Below are positions 21,919-34,887 of a stretch of 64,000 bases of DNA, piece after piece. The notes beneath the pieces were generated by a model. That model made no database searches. It saw nothing but the letters and a program-made list of their open reading frames with translations, and had not been told where the DNA came from. The position numbers and the translations under genes were made by a program. This DNA is from Pristiophorus japonicus (lineage: Eukaryota). How positions within the stretch are numbered: the stretch's first letter is position 1; each line of letters begins with the position of its first letter. The stretch is from assembly GCF_044704955.1 (NCBI RefSeq), contig NC_091979.1, forward strand, positions 317,936,001-318,000,000. Reading direction: 5' to 3'.

Positions 21919-23699
21919 CTGATAAACAGCAGGCAGTGTCTTTGCAGTTTGGGTTATTTGAACTGCACTAGAAAGGATCTGAATCAAATGCAATCACCAA
22001 TTTTCTGGAAGGACTTACAATTGAACAAGGCACAAAAGGTTGGCAATTGTGTCACGAAAATTTGAGAAAGATTGTATCAAAACAAATTGACAGGAATCCC
22101 AGAGACAGCAAGGCCTTTGGTGTTCCTGGGTTACTGCACCAGCTGGATGGGGAGAAGTGCGAAGCTATTTAATGCTTTGAAAAGGCCTTGGAGTTTGATT
22201 ATGACAAAAAATAAGCATTTTTAATAGAAGTGCCCAGCCTTTCACCTGTGGGAAACCTGATTTAAGATAACTGAAATGTCTGAAAAGAAAACTATACTGA
22301 GCCATTTATTAGTTTCATTGTTATACATTAGTCAGTTTGTAAGTCAATAAAGTATGTTTAATATGTAAAACTTTTAAATCATGCCGACTAGTGCCTGGTG
22401 CCTAAGACAATTAGTTTAATTTGAAAACCTTCCTCGAACGGGTGCAATCGGTGGAAACTCGCCATCCTCGTTATTTCTATCTGTGGGCCGGGCCAGTTTT
22501 GTAGATTTTTAAACCAGTGTTAAAGATCACGGAATACTTGATTTACACTTGATGTAAATCATGCTCGAGTTCCCGTGATCTTTTGCGCTGGTTGAGCAGT
22601 TTTCACCGGATTGTGCTGATAAAACTATCACAAATTAGCAGAGACTCTACCCCAGTGTTTGAAAGATGCTGTGATGCTCTCTGATCAATGAACAAGTTTG
22701 GCAGCATACTCATCCGACTTACCTTATTTAATATATACTGTTAATATTTTTATTCGAAGCAGCCTTTTGCTTCAGTATTTGTGAGTACAGTCCCCACCGA
22801 TTTCCCCGCTTTGTACGGGATGGTCGGTATCACGCCTGAATAAAGATTATGTTCTCTCTCTCCGGGAAATGAGCCGCCCACAGCTCCCTGATTTCCAGCC
22901 TCTTCAATGGAAGCGGTTAATTTCTACCGCGTGACTTATGGATAAATGATAAAGTAATAGATTAAAATGGTTAAAAAATAATAAAGCTTTATAGTTGCAG
23001 AGATAGCTTTTCCCAGCAGAAATGTTAATTTGCTGTAATATCAGAGACTGAGTGTTAAAATAACCAATAAAAATGAACTGTAGTTACGATTTTATTTGTG
23101 TCATTGATCTGCGCTAATGCTGACAGTAAGTGTCACTCATAGTCCATACTTTGTGATAGTGAACTGTACCAGCTCTGTAAGGAACATTCAGACCAGCCTT
23201 TAACACAGGCAGTAAACTGAACAGCTGTTGATTGTGGAGTGACACATGGACCTTACACTGATAGCTGTAGCCATAATGCTATTAGAGAAAGGTTAGGGAG
23301 GAATGGTTGGGAAAGTTCCGTGGAATTGGACAGTGGAAGAACCTAACATTGGGAGAGGTGCAGATGCCTCACACCATATTTACACCGAATGGAAAATCAC
23401 CTCCTTGAAACAGCACCAGAAACAGCCTTTCTGTGGAGGTTTTCTCAGGTCCGTGCAATGCTGGAAACTGAACTTAAGGTATTGGAGATGATACACAGTC
23501 ACCTGAGGGGCTAAACTGGATCGCCCTGAAGACGGGCTCAGGGATCGTGAAGCGTGATTAACCCACGCCGGTTGATTGAAATGCAGGCAGCACGCCAACT
23601 TGGTGCTGCGCCAACCGGCACCTCTTAAAGGGGTGCTGCATTGTGGCTGGAGCAGGTGCTGGGGGTCGTGGTTGAAGAGATTCTGACCTGGGAAAGAGG

Positions 23700-24250
23700 A
23701 AAGGCACAACAGGGGAGCTAGCGGTCTCCAAGTTATTGGGACGTTGCACTGAAGGCCTTGATGGAGGATGTGGAAAGGAGGCGCGATGTCCTGAATCCAC
23801 AGGGGGGAAGGCAGCCCTCCAGACACACGGTCAAAAGGAAGTGGAAGCAGATAGCCGTGGTGGTCAGTGCCCGGAGTCAAGCCCCGAGGACCCGCATACA
23901 GTGCCGCAAGAAGTTCAGTGACCTCAAATGAGTGGTCAAGGTCAGTGAATGCAACCTCAAATGCCATGTCTTCCCAACTGCAACAGGAGCCACACCCACT
24001 GCTCAATTCACCACATCCCCATCGCTCACCTCCCAACAATCTCTCTCAGTCAGGCTTCATACCTGACATAGCTTCACCTCACCCTCACATACTTCACACT
24101 GCCGCAAGCCTCACACTCACATCTCACAGCTTGCACACACTGCTAGCTATTCAACCATGACAGCCACATCAGTCAAACAGATTGCCCTGGAGTCTGTCTG
24201 TATTGAAGGTTAATCTCCAGCACACTGCTGTGAGCAACTAGGGAGAACAT
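23700..24250 (+). mobile_element. Harbinger Myb/SANT ORF remnant
   Basis: ALMEDVERRRDVL...WKQIAVVVSARSQAPRTRIQCRKKFSDL followed by the donor AAG/gtcagt. Confidence 0.75.
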
Positions 24251-24315
24251 TCACGGGGACATGAAATAAATGGTGTGTTTTTAACATTTTCTTTGAATCC
24301 TTTTGTTTATTAGTA

Positions 24316-24882
24316 CAGGTACAACGTCTGAAATCCGCTGTTGGCGCTCCTCACCATCGGCCAATCCTCCGCTCCTCGCCATCGGCCAATCCTCCGCTCC
24401 TCACCGCCGGCCAATCCCCCGCTCCTCACCGCCGGCCAATCCTCCACTCCTCACCGCCGGCCGATCCTCCGCTCCTCACCGCCGGCCAATCCTCCGCTCC
24501 TCACCACCGGCCAATCCCCCGCTCCTCACCACCGGCCAATCCTCCGCTCCTCACCACCGGCCAATCCTCCGCTCCTCACCGCCGGCCAATCCTCCGCTCC
24601 TCACCGCCGGCCAATCCTCCGCTCCTCACCACCGGCCGATCCTTCTCTCCTCACCACCGGCCGATCCTCCGCTCCTCGCTGGCCGCCGATTCTCCGCTCC
24701 TCACCGCCGGCCGATCCTTCACTCCTCGCCACCGGCCGATCCCCCGCTCCTCGCTGGCCGCCGATTCTCACTGGCCGTGGACCCCCGGCACTGCCCTCCG
24801 TTGCCACCTTGGCCGCTTCAAAACTGTCCAATTTTCGGACAATTCTGGTTTTGGGAATTCTGGATTCTGGACGTTGTACCTG
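24316..24882. mobile_element. Tc1/mariner-pogo-type MITE containing a 25-bp tandem array
   Basis: Perfect 13-bp TIRs CAGGTACAACGTC / GACGTTGTACCTG, with TA at the left flank. Internal (CTCCTCACCGCCGGCCAATCCTCCG)n at about 24347-24775. Confidence 0.8.
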
Positions 24883-25890
24883 GAATATAAATATTGGAGG
24901 TGGGGAAAAAGGCTGCTGTCTCACAATAAAAAATCATCCAATCAGGTTCTGGAGTCTGTTCCCTTTCCTATTGGTGGGGGAATGTGTGAGGATGTGCGAG
25001 TCCGGTAATCACTGATGGGAGCTCAGGGTGGGGCTATTGGAGGTGGGAGGTCATGTGATAAAACATCCAGGAATACGTCCAACCAGAGTTGGCAACACTA
25101 CTTCAACCATCCCAGCAGCTTTTTTCATGATAGCTTTGAAATACCATTATATCTTCCTGAGCTGGGTTTTCCTCCAGGAAGGGTTTGTGTCAGAGGTGGG
25201 TCAAGCGGGGCTTCCACCGAACACTCTGACCCACGTCAACCGACCCATTTTCCTGGGTTGGGGCTCATTAGACCCGCAGGGCAGGCTCCCAGCGGGATCT
25301 CCGTTACACTTCAAGGAGCCACCACTGATAGCCAGGGAATGGTGGCATCGCACAGCAACACCAGAGAGAGGAACATCCATCATTAACGGGGGCAGAAACA
25401 CCCCAAAGATTAGCAGCGCAATTTTACTTACCGCTTCAGAATGAGCAGCATTTGTACAAACTGAGTGACTGGGGACAGAAGCGAGGGAGAGGTGCCCACT
25501 GTTGGGCCTTCTCTGTCCATAAGGGCGTTCTGCTACTTCCCCAGCCTGTATTATAAATATATCTAGATAGCAATACAAGTTGTTGTTGTATTGCCGGCCC
25601 TCACCTGGTGGCCCGTTTCCCACTCCCTGCCCCCCTCACCCCACCAACATATCAAATGGGGTATGGGGGGACTTTCTGGTGGTGCTCTGAGGAGTGAGGT
25701 TCTGGCGGTCGGCTTCCGCACCCCATTTTCATCCTTCCCCATTTTTGGGTGGTGCAACTGAAGTAAAACCAGACCCTTGTTTCTCACTCAGTGGTGGATG
25801 TGTGAGTCGACTGTTAATTCTACAGTCACCATTTTAATTCTACCAATCTGGAGTTATTAATTTGCAAAAAATAAACTTTAAAAATATAAA

Positions 25891-26340
25891 GGCCTAGAAA
25901 TTCGTTAGCCCCCGAAAACGGGCGCGGGGATCGCGATGTGCGATCAACACACGCCAGTTGTGGGGAATGCAAGCAACACACGAACTTCATACTGCCTGCT
26001 CATTTCCATGGTTATGGCATTCAGCCCAGTGTCGAACGTGCTGCTGAGTGGCTGAATGCTCAGCACGGGACCCAAGGTCGTGCGAGGCTAGTACCACATA
26101 AAGCTAGCCTGCACTACTTAAAGGCAGTCTACATTTCTGAAAGGGGAGGTGCATTCTGTCTGCAGCAGCTCATTGAACTGGCTGGGGAAGACAGTGAGAG
26201 GAGGAGAAAAGAAAAATCATGTCACAACAGCGAAGAGAGCGTGTGGCAAGTTTCTCGGATACAGCACTGGAGGCCTTGGTGTAGGGGGTCAACTCGAGGA
26301 GAGAGGTGTTGTTTCCACAGGGAGCCAGGAGACATTCATC
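25891..26340 (+). mobile_element. Harbinger-derived fragment
   Basis: GGCCTAGAAATTC terminus-like start, and a degenerate FSDTALEALV...RREVLFP Myb start. Confidence 0.55.
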
Positions 26341-26349
26341 ACCAAATCA

Positions 26350-27303
26350 CATCATGGTCTCTCGCCATACTCCTCTGACACCTCCTCCTTTGAACAGCTC
26401 ATCTTGTTCCACATCTCTGTCATCTCATGTAATTCCTCATTCTCCATCGCCCAGCCAAATACCAAGTAATTTCCACTCAGATATCTTCACAACCTCTTCA
26501 CCGACTGACTTCTCATCTTTGGTGATTTCAAGTACGTCCCAACTCAGCTTTCTCTCTCACCTCTGACTTCACTGCCCTCCTATCCTCCCTTAACCTCTCC
26601 CTCCATATAAACTCCACAACCCATATTCACGGCCACCCACTCGATCTTGCCAGCTCACTTGGCCCATTTTCCACCCTCCGTGAACTTGAATTCATCCAAA
26701 ACTCTGCTGCCCGTACCCCAACTCACACCGTCCCGTTCACCCATCACCCCTTTGCTCACTGACATACATTGGCTCCCAGTCTGGCAACGCCTCAATCTTT
26801 AAATTCTCATTTGGTGAGAAGGCAGATTGCAAAACAGTTTTGTTTAAGAGGTTAAGCTTCTAGTTTCACAATCAGGAAACAAATAATCTGGATAATAGAA
26901 TAACATACACAGGAATTCAGTTGCCAGCTCTGTTCCCCTTTTGTAACTGACTTTGTGGTCCCGATTTTAACTCCTCCCCACCGCCTGGCAAAAACCGACA
27001 GGCAGGCAGTTAAAATGGAGTGGGGTAATTGCTATGTAACCAGGCCGATGGAACTTGAGTTTCCCTGTGTCCATTCTCGTGAGCATTTTGTCTGCCTCTC
27101 CGGACCCGAGCCCATCACTTCTACTTGTGCTTTTCACTGACACTTTATTTTATTTCTCTTTACCCTTCATTGATCCCTCACTTCTGTCGACGTGTCTCCT
27201 ATCATTTCTCCCCTCTCGGGTACTCGGCCCTCCCAATTCCCTACTCCAATCTGACAGCTCACCTCCACCTTCCTGCACTAATGCTGCCCTCACAGGTTTG
27301 ACT
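26350..27303 (+). repeat. Local segmental duplication copy (L2 pieces plus spacer)
   Basis: 26680-27303 matches 29840-30462, and 26350-26665 matches about 27680-27995. Confidence 0.85.
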
Positions 27304-29960
27304 GCATCTTAGATAAGCTTACAGCTGCCCCCTGTGCCTCGCTTGGCACTCTCCGGAGAGCCTAACAAGACACTCAGCATTCTCTCCTTATGAGCAACAA
27401 CTCAAACTGCCTCATCCTATTCTTCGCTGAGCTTACTACTCAGTGTGAGAGCTGGGCATTAACCTTTCCAATCTCCATCCCGTCCCACTCACCCCTCCCA
27501 AAGCTAACCCTGTGGATGATTGCTGCGACATCAGGGTCTTGACAGAAACCTGGCTGATGGTTGAAGGTGCCTTCCCCCAAGTGAATCTTTCCCACCAGGC
27601 TATACCTTTCACCACTGGCCTCACCCAAACGACCGCTGTGGCGGTGTGATACTTATCACCAAATCACACCGAGGTAGTTCTCTGTACTTCTCTGGCATCT
27701 TCTCTCCCTTTGACCATCCCACTTTGTTCTACCTCTCTCAAATTTAAAATCCTCATTCTCTAATGCCCAGCCAAATACAGAGCCAAATTTCTACCGAGAT
27801 ATCTTCACTGCTTTCCTCCCTTAGTCTCTGCACCAACTGACTTCTCATCTTCGGTGATTTCAACCTCCATCTTAAATCAACATTCTCTCTCACCTCTGAG
27901 TTCATTACCCTCATATCCTCACTTAATCTTTCCCTTCATATAAACTCCCCTACCCATATTCATGGCCATCCCCTCGACCTTGCCTCCTCACTTGGCCTCG
28001 CTGTTCCCCCCGTGTCAATCACAGATAAGGCCATCTCTGATCACTTCCTAGTATTGCTCACAACACACATCCCCCTTTCCCCTCACAACTTCACTTCGTT
28101 CTGTGTCTGCCACTGTAAAAAAAACTCTCCCCAAGTCACTTAACACTGCACTTTCAAATTCTCAACTGCCTCGCATTTGTCCCTCCATTGATCACAACAT
28201 TTCTTCATTTACTGATCTGCTCAATCACTCCCTCACCTCCACCTCTGATGCTCTTGTCCCCATTTAAACCATTAATCTCTTTCACTCTGGTTCTTCTCCC
28301 TGGTACGGCCCTCATCACTGCTCCCTCAAGCCCAAGGGATGCAGACATGAATTTTTATGGTAAACAAATGGTTTCGCTATTCATTGCCAGCTCTGACTGC
28401 AGCATATAAAGTATTATCGGGCCCTGCGCTCCTCTGCCAAAAATGCTCACCTTTCCACGATCTTTCTGGAAGGCATTGAAAGCCCCTGGCTTCTATTCTA
28501 TTGACACACAGTCTTCCCAAATCCCTCTTCCTGCCTCTTCCACCCTCATCTCCAAAAACAAGTGTGAGGAGGTCATACATTTTTTGGTCACAAACATTGA
28601 GACCATCCGTTCAGCCGCATCACCTGCTTCCGTCTTTTCACCGAGCCCACCAGGTCAAACTTCACCTATGGTTTCCCTCTGCTCTAGCCCTGAACTTGCA
28701 TATTTCTCCATTTCTCCCCAATCTCACCTCATGCCCACTCCAAGCTCCCCTTGTCTATTCGACCCACCTCCTGCTCACTCGAACCCCATTGTTACCAAAT
28801 TGATAACCGCCCAACTTCCCTTCCTGGCCCCCATAACAGCAGATATTGTTAAATCTCCTCAAGTACTGTCCCCCAGCCCTTCACATCTGCTTTCATCATC
28901 CTTCTCCTCAAAAAAAATCATTCCTAACACCTCTGTCCCTGCAACCCACTGACCCATCTCCAAAATCCTTTCCTCTCCAATGTCCTTGAATGTGCCATCG
29001 CCTCCCAAATCCATGCTGATCATTCCCGCAGATCCATGTTTGAAACCCTACAATCAGTTTTCCTCCAGTACTGATTCGAACCTTATCAAAGTCACAAATG
29101 ACATCCTATGTGTCTGTGACTGTGTTAAACTAACCCTCTTCATTGTTCTCAACCTGTCTACAGCCTTTGACACGGTTGACCACAACATCACTTGCAACAC
29201 CTCTCCTCCCTCCTCCAGCTGGGTGGATCTGCACTCTCCTGGTTCCATTCTTCTCTATCCAATCATAGTCAGACAATCATCTGCAATGGATTCTCTTCCC
29301 ACTACCACAGCATTACCTCTGGACTCCCCAAGGATCTAGCCCTGGCCCCCTCCTTTACTCTACATCATGCTGCCCCTCGGTGAAATCATCCCACAACACA
29401 GCATCAGGTTCCATATCTGTGCTGACAACACCCAGCTCTACCTCACTACCACCTCTCCCGACCCATTCACAGTTTCTAATTGGTCACACTGGTTATCCAA
29501 AACTCAGTACTGGATGAGCAGAAATTTCTTCCAACTAAATATTGGGAATCTTCACCACAAACTCCGTTCCCAAGCCACTGACTCCATCCCTCTCCCTGGC
29601 AACTGTCTGAGGCTGAACCAGTCCACTCGCAACCTTGGTGTCACATTTGACACCGAGATGAGCTTCCGACCACATGTCAGCTCCATCAGCAAGTCTGCTA
29701 ACTTCCACCTCAGTAACGTCACACAACTGCACTCCTGCCTCAGCTCAGCTGCTGCTGGAACCCTCATCCATGCCTTTGTTACCTCTGGCCTTGACTATTC
29801 CAATGCTCTCTCGGCCGGCCTCCCATCTGCCATTCTCCATGAACTTGAATTCTTACAAAATTCTGCTGCCCGTATCCTAACTCACACCGTCCCATTCACC
29901 CATCACCCCTTTGCTCACTGATATACATTGGCTCCCAGCCTGCCAATTTTTAAATTCTCA
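27300..29960 (+). mobile_element. Degenerate L2 LINE (EN and RT)
   Basis: GDFNLH; HGHPLDL; LNLSTAFDTVDH; ADNTQLY; LIHAFVTSGLDYSNAL; QNSAARIL. Confidence 0.88.
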
Positions 29961-30462
29961 TTTGGTGAGAAGGCAGATTGCAAAACAGTTATGGTTAGTT
30001 TTGTTGAACAGGTTAAGTTTCTAATTTCACAATCAGGAAACAAATAATCTGGATAATAGAATAACATACACAACAAATCAGTTGTTGGCTCCGTTACCCC
30101 TTTGTAACTGACTTTGTGGTCCCGATTTTAACTCCCCCCCTACCTGGCGAAAACCGACAGGCAGGCAGTTAAAATGGAGTGGGGTAATTGCTATGTAACC
30201 AGGCCGATGGAACTTGAGTTTCCCTGTGTCCATTCTCGTGAGCATTTTGTCTGCCTCTCCGGACCCGAGCCCATCACTTCTACTTGTGCTTTTCACTGAC
30301 ACTTTATTTATTTTTGTTTCCCCCTCCTTGATCCCTCACTTCTGTCGACGTGTCTCCTATCATTTCTCCCCTCTCGGGTACTCGGCCCTCCCAATTCCCT
30401 ACTCCAATCCGACAGCTCACCTCCACCTTCCTGCACTCATGCTGCCCTCACAGGTTTGACTG

Positions 30463-33400
30463 TGTTATGTATGCTTGCTTGTATTGTTTTATGGTGTTTG
30501 TAACACTGAATGTACCTTACACTGTACACATCTTACTGTACACCAGAGGGTGCTGCTGCTGGAGACCTAAGGGTTACCTACACACTGCAGGTAACCCAGT
30601 CTAAAAGGGAGCTCACAGCTTGGTGTCCCAACTCAGGAGCTGCAAATAAAGGACTACAGTGTACACAGTTTAAGTACCATACACTGCCTCGTGGAGTCAT
30701 TACCAAAGGTGCCTGCATACACTGCAATTGGCGATGAGATCACGAACTACATGCTCAGCATGTCGAATCTCAGCAACTTTCAGCAATTTACCGATGGGGA
30801 AGATTGGGATACTTTTGTAGAAAGATTGGAACATTTCTTCATAGCCAACGACCAGGATGGGGACACACTGGCTACACGACTGAAAGCGCAGGGCCATCCT
30901 GCTTAGCAGTTGTGGGCCCACCATCCATTGTCTCGTCAGGGACTTGCTAGCCCCTGTGAAGACAACCACCAACAGCTATGAGGAACTTGTAACACTAATA
31001 CAGGAGCAAGTAAAACCAAAAGAAAGCATCCTCAAAGCCAGGCACCGGTTCTTCACTTACCGGCGACCCGAAGGCCAGGAAATTACTAAGTATGCTGCAC
31101 ATTTAAGAAGACTAGCTGCACCGTGTGATTTTGGAGACCACCTGAATGAAGCATTAAGGGACATATTTGTCATCGAAATTGGCCACAAGGGCCTCCTACA
31201 CAAATTGCTCTCTGCGGACATCACAGTCACCCTGCAGAAAGCAATTCAAGTGAGCCAGGCCTACATGGTTTCGGCCGGCGACTCCAGGCGAATACTGACC
31301 CAGGACTCTAAACCGGCGAGCGCAGTGCACCGCATGGACACTTCTAAAGGCAGAAATGCTGCCCGAGTCCCGCAACCCTGGTCCGCCACATGGGGCAAAC
31401 CGGATGGCCCCGTGCTGACGCTGTGGAGGAAACCACAGGGCCCACCAGTGCCGCTACAAAGACTAGACATACAAAAGCTGCAAAGAGAAAGGGCACCATC
31501 AAAGGATGTGTAGAAAAAGCTTTACTCACTGTGTCACTGAAGAGGAGGCTGATCACCGGGGCTCCGACACAGATGAAGATGAAGCTGCTCAACCCGTGGA
31601 ACAAAAGAATGGAGATAATACCTGCTCCACTGAAAGTTCTCTGTGGACGATGGAAATCTACATCGGTGGGGTCCCAGTTTCCATGGAGATCGACACAGGG
31701 CCGAGCCAGTCTGTGATGAGCCAAACGACCTTTGAAAAAATTTGGATGAATCCCACCACTCGACCAAAACTGTCTCCTGTCCAGGCACAGCTGCTCACCT
31801 ACACCAAAGGTAAAATCCAAATCGTTGGCAGCGTGAACGTCCAGGTCTCTCAGGGCGACGTGTTGAACAAACTCCCCCCTGTGGATCATTGCTGGAGATG
31901 GTCCCACACTGCTGGGAAGGAATTGGATGAACCCGGTCCAAATCAGGGGAAGTGGCGACGGCCTCCAGGCTCCAGCAATCGACATCCCACGCAGCCCCGA
32001 ACATGGATCCATCGCTGCACCGAGAGATCCCAGCGACCAGTCGACTGCGGGGTGACGACTCCACAACACCGTGACAAGATCTCAGGAACCGAAAATCCAA
32101 CCTTCATCTTCCAGGCCAGGGCAGGACTCCAAGAGGTGGACATCATCGAAAGAAGTGGATTCCCGACGTCCATGGCCAAACCTGAGGAAGAAAAGATCAC
32201 CACAGCCGAACTGGAGGAGAGCCAGAAGATAGCTGCCTCACCACGAGGAAAAAAAACTAAAATCAAAATGGCCGGGACCAGATCATGAGGGGCAGCATTG
32301 GAGGAGCGACACGTGACATCGAGCGGCCAATCGGATTTGAAGGCTCCCTTAAAGGAGACCGGTAACCAAAAAAATTTAAAGGGGCAGTTTCAACTTAAAG
32401 ATGACAGGGACTTTAAAGCTAAAAATGCAGTAAAAGGGTGGACGTATGATAATGTAACCATGAATTGTGATGCTGGTGTAACTAATGTGAAAAATAAAAT
32501 GAATGCTTGTGTAAGTAAGTTTAGGAACAAGCTTGTTATGTATGATGATTATGGCAGGGAGTTTGAAATACCTAATGTAACCATGTCTGGTGAGACCATG
32601 ATACCAAAAAGTGATGCAAATGCTGTTATTAACAATGTAAAGGCAGTCAATAATATAGACTCAACTATGTATGATCAGAGCTAGGGTGTCATGTATACAG
32701 GTAGGACACTGTTAAAGCACACAGTGTTCGACAGGGACCATGCAAATGCTAGAGGAATCCCCCCATGGGAGACCCCCAGGTCCAGTTGGCTACCAGACCA
32801 TGTAGCCTGGATCTTTGGAACGAGTGTGATGCCCCAGGAAGGACACACACACACCCAGCACACCCAGTGGAAGCAGACCCACTACAGGGACAGTGGTCAA
32901 TGGGCAACACAGCCACCACCACTGGCAACCTGCCCCAGACCAGCCCTACACCTCCTGGCCACGAGGGCCAACACGAGGAGCGAGAGGCCAATACCCTCCA
33001 GCTTTCCTGGCAAACCCTGGGATGACCAGACTCTCATCCCAATTGGAGGACAAGGAGCCCACACAGTCCTGTGGTCCTGCCCACCACCACACAACTACCC
33101 ACATCTCAGAATATGCACCCTACCCACTGCTGCAATGACTACCCCACTGAGGGATCCCACAACAGTGACACCCACATGGTCTGTGTGAGGGATGGGGGGG
33201 AAATATATGAGGCCAGCCTTAAGAACAGGGATCACACCTGGCACCCACACAACCCTCACTACACCTAGCACCCACACAACCCTCACCACAACCTCCCATA
33301 ACCCACTACCGATCACTTCCCCAGGTCATTACAATAAGGACTTGAAAAATGCTTAGGGGGGAGTGTTGTTATGTATGCTTGCTTGTATTGTTATATGATG

Positions 33401-33631
33401 TTTGTATCACTGAATGTACCTTACACTGTACACACCTTACTGTACACCAGAGGGTGCTGCTGCTGGAGACCTAAGGGTTACCTACACACTGCGGGTAACC
33501 CAGTCCAAAAGGGAGCTCACAGCTTGGTGTCCTCACTCGAGGAGCTGCAAATAAAGGACTGCAGTGTACACAGTTTAAGTACCATACCCTGCCTCATCGA
33601 GTCATTACCAAAGGTGCCTGCATACACCACA
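30463..33631 (+). mobile_element. Non-autonomous Gypsy-type LTR element (gag and protease, no RT/IN)
   Basis: LTRs 30463-30726 and 33367-33631 (TG...CA). PBS-like TGGCGATGAG follows the 5' LTR. Gag DWDTFVERLEHFFIAND, degenerate CCHC, protease MEIDTG. PPT at 33355-33363. Confidence 0.9.
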
Positions 33632-34737
33632 GTAACGGCTCCCCAGTTTATGACCTGGACCAGCCAGGATCCCACGTTACTGCCTGCTAACGGCAAACCG
33701 CTAGACGGGATGTTGCAGCTTATCCGTCGCAAACACAGGTTGCTCATCCCATCAGATTGGCTTCTATGGGGCAATCCTGCTACGTTGCAAAGAAAGGGAG
33801 GGAGGCTATACATAGTTGGTGGTCCGGGCCTCCATACCATGGCCCAGGATTCACGGGGACCCTCCCACGACCACTGAAAGTCTCAAGTCCATATCAGCCA
33901 TCCTTGGCTTGCCAGACCTTAGGGTCAGAGACAATAGTCCGGAGCGGGCAGCCCAAATCATAAAGCCAAGCACCACACGTGTCACGGTAGACTCTCCACA
34001 GACCCAGATATCTCGGGTGCTACGCAGTTACCAGACAGAATCACTCAGAACCGTGCTTTCCTTATGCTATCAGCAGAGAATGCACCACGATCGCATGGCT
34101 CCTCCACGCGACATCAGAATAAATGATGTAGACCATGTTCAAGGCCCCAGATGGGCTGCTAGCACTGTATTAGCCAACGAGGGGAATGGAGTGTTTGTAA
34201 TAAAAATGGAACGTTTGTTGTGGAACCATGTACTGGGCAAACGCACAGAGCATTTGGACCAGACCCAACTGCGAACTACAGATAAACAGGAACCACAGGA
34301 ACCACTGGCCCCCAGCAACACACTAAACACAAGTGACCTCGCCGTCAACCACGAGGATGAACCCACCATGCCCATCAGTCCGATCAGACCAGCCGCGTGG
34401 CCGTGCAGCAACGATCAGACCAACTCACCCGTGCCAGGACTTCAACTCAGGCGATCGACGCGGGGTGCCAGATCACCTCAACTTGCAAATAACTTGTACA
34501 TAAGACTTTGGGGGGGGAGCGATGTTATGTATCTATGTAAACCTCACCAATATGTAAGACTTGCCACTAGGGGGCATACCTGTGGGAGACCTAAGGGTCA
34601 CCTGTGCACCCTGAGCAAGCAGGTATAAAAGGTCATTCACCATGCTGTCTCCTCACTCTGGAGTCTGAATAAAGAGACCAAGGTCACAACAGTTTGAGCT
34701 CACAATACAGTCTTGTGGAGTTATTCTGAACATAACA
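33632..34737 (+). mobile_element. 3' part of a second Gypsy-type element
   Basis: Deleted integrase remnants (PWPRIHGD, ERAAQIIK, LRRSTR), a G-rich PPT, and an LTR at 34523-34737 with TATAAAA and AATAAA. Confidence 0.8.
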
Positions 34738-34887
34738 AGACTCATTTCCAGATTCTTGTTTTTTTGGCTCTAAGCCAAAGGAGACCACCTGAACCTCTTC
34801 ATTTGAAACTGGTTCAATCTCTCAGTGCAAAGCTTTTATGAGAGGAAGATTCAAGGGGAATAATTCATCCTATTTGGAAGAAACATC

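Larger units (their letters stand above)
17178..22214 (+). pseudogene. IFIT: IFIT family (IFIT5-like TPR protein) pseudogene; large coding exon split by nested CR1s
   Basis: Acceptor ttgttctcttacag at 17164-17177 in phase 2, as in IFIT exon 2. Motifs LQCHFTW, TYGNYAWVYYHMG, VYGEKGWSLL, RYAAKFYRREG. C-terminus resumes at ~21920 (QQAVSLQFGLFE...AFGVPGLLHQLDGEKCEAI*CFEKAL). One frameshift and at least 5 stops. Confidence 0.93.
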
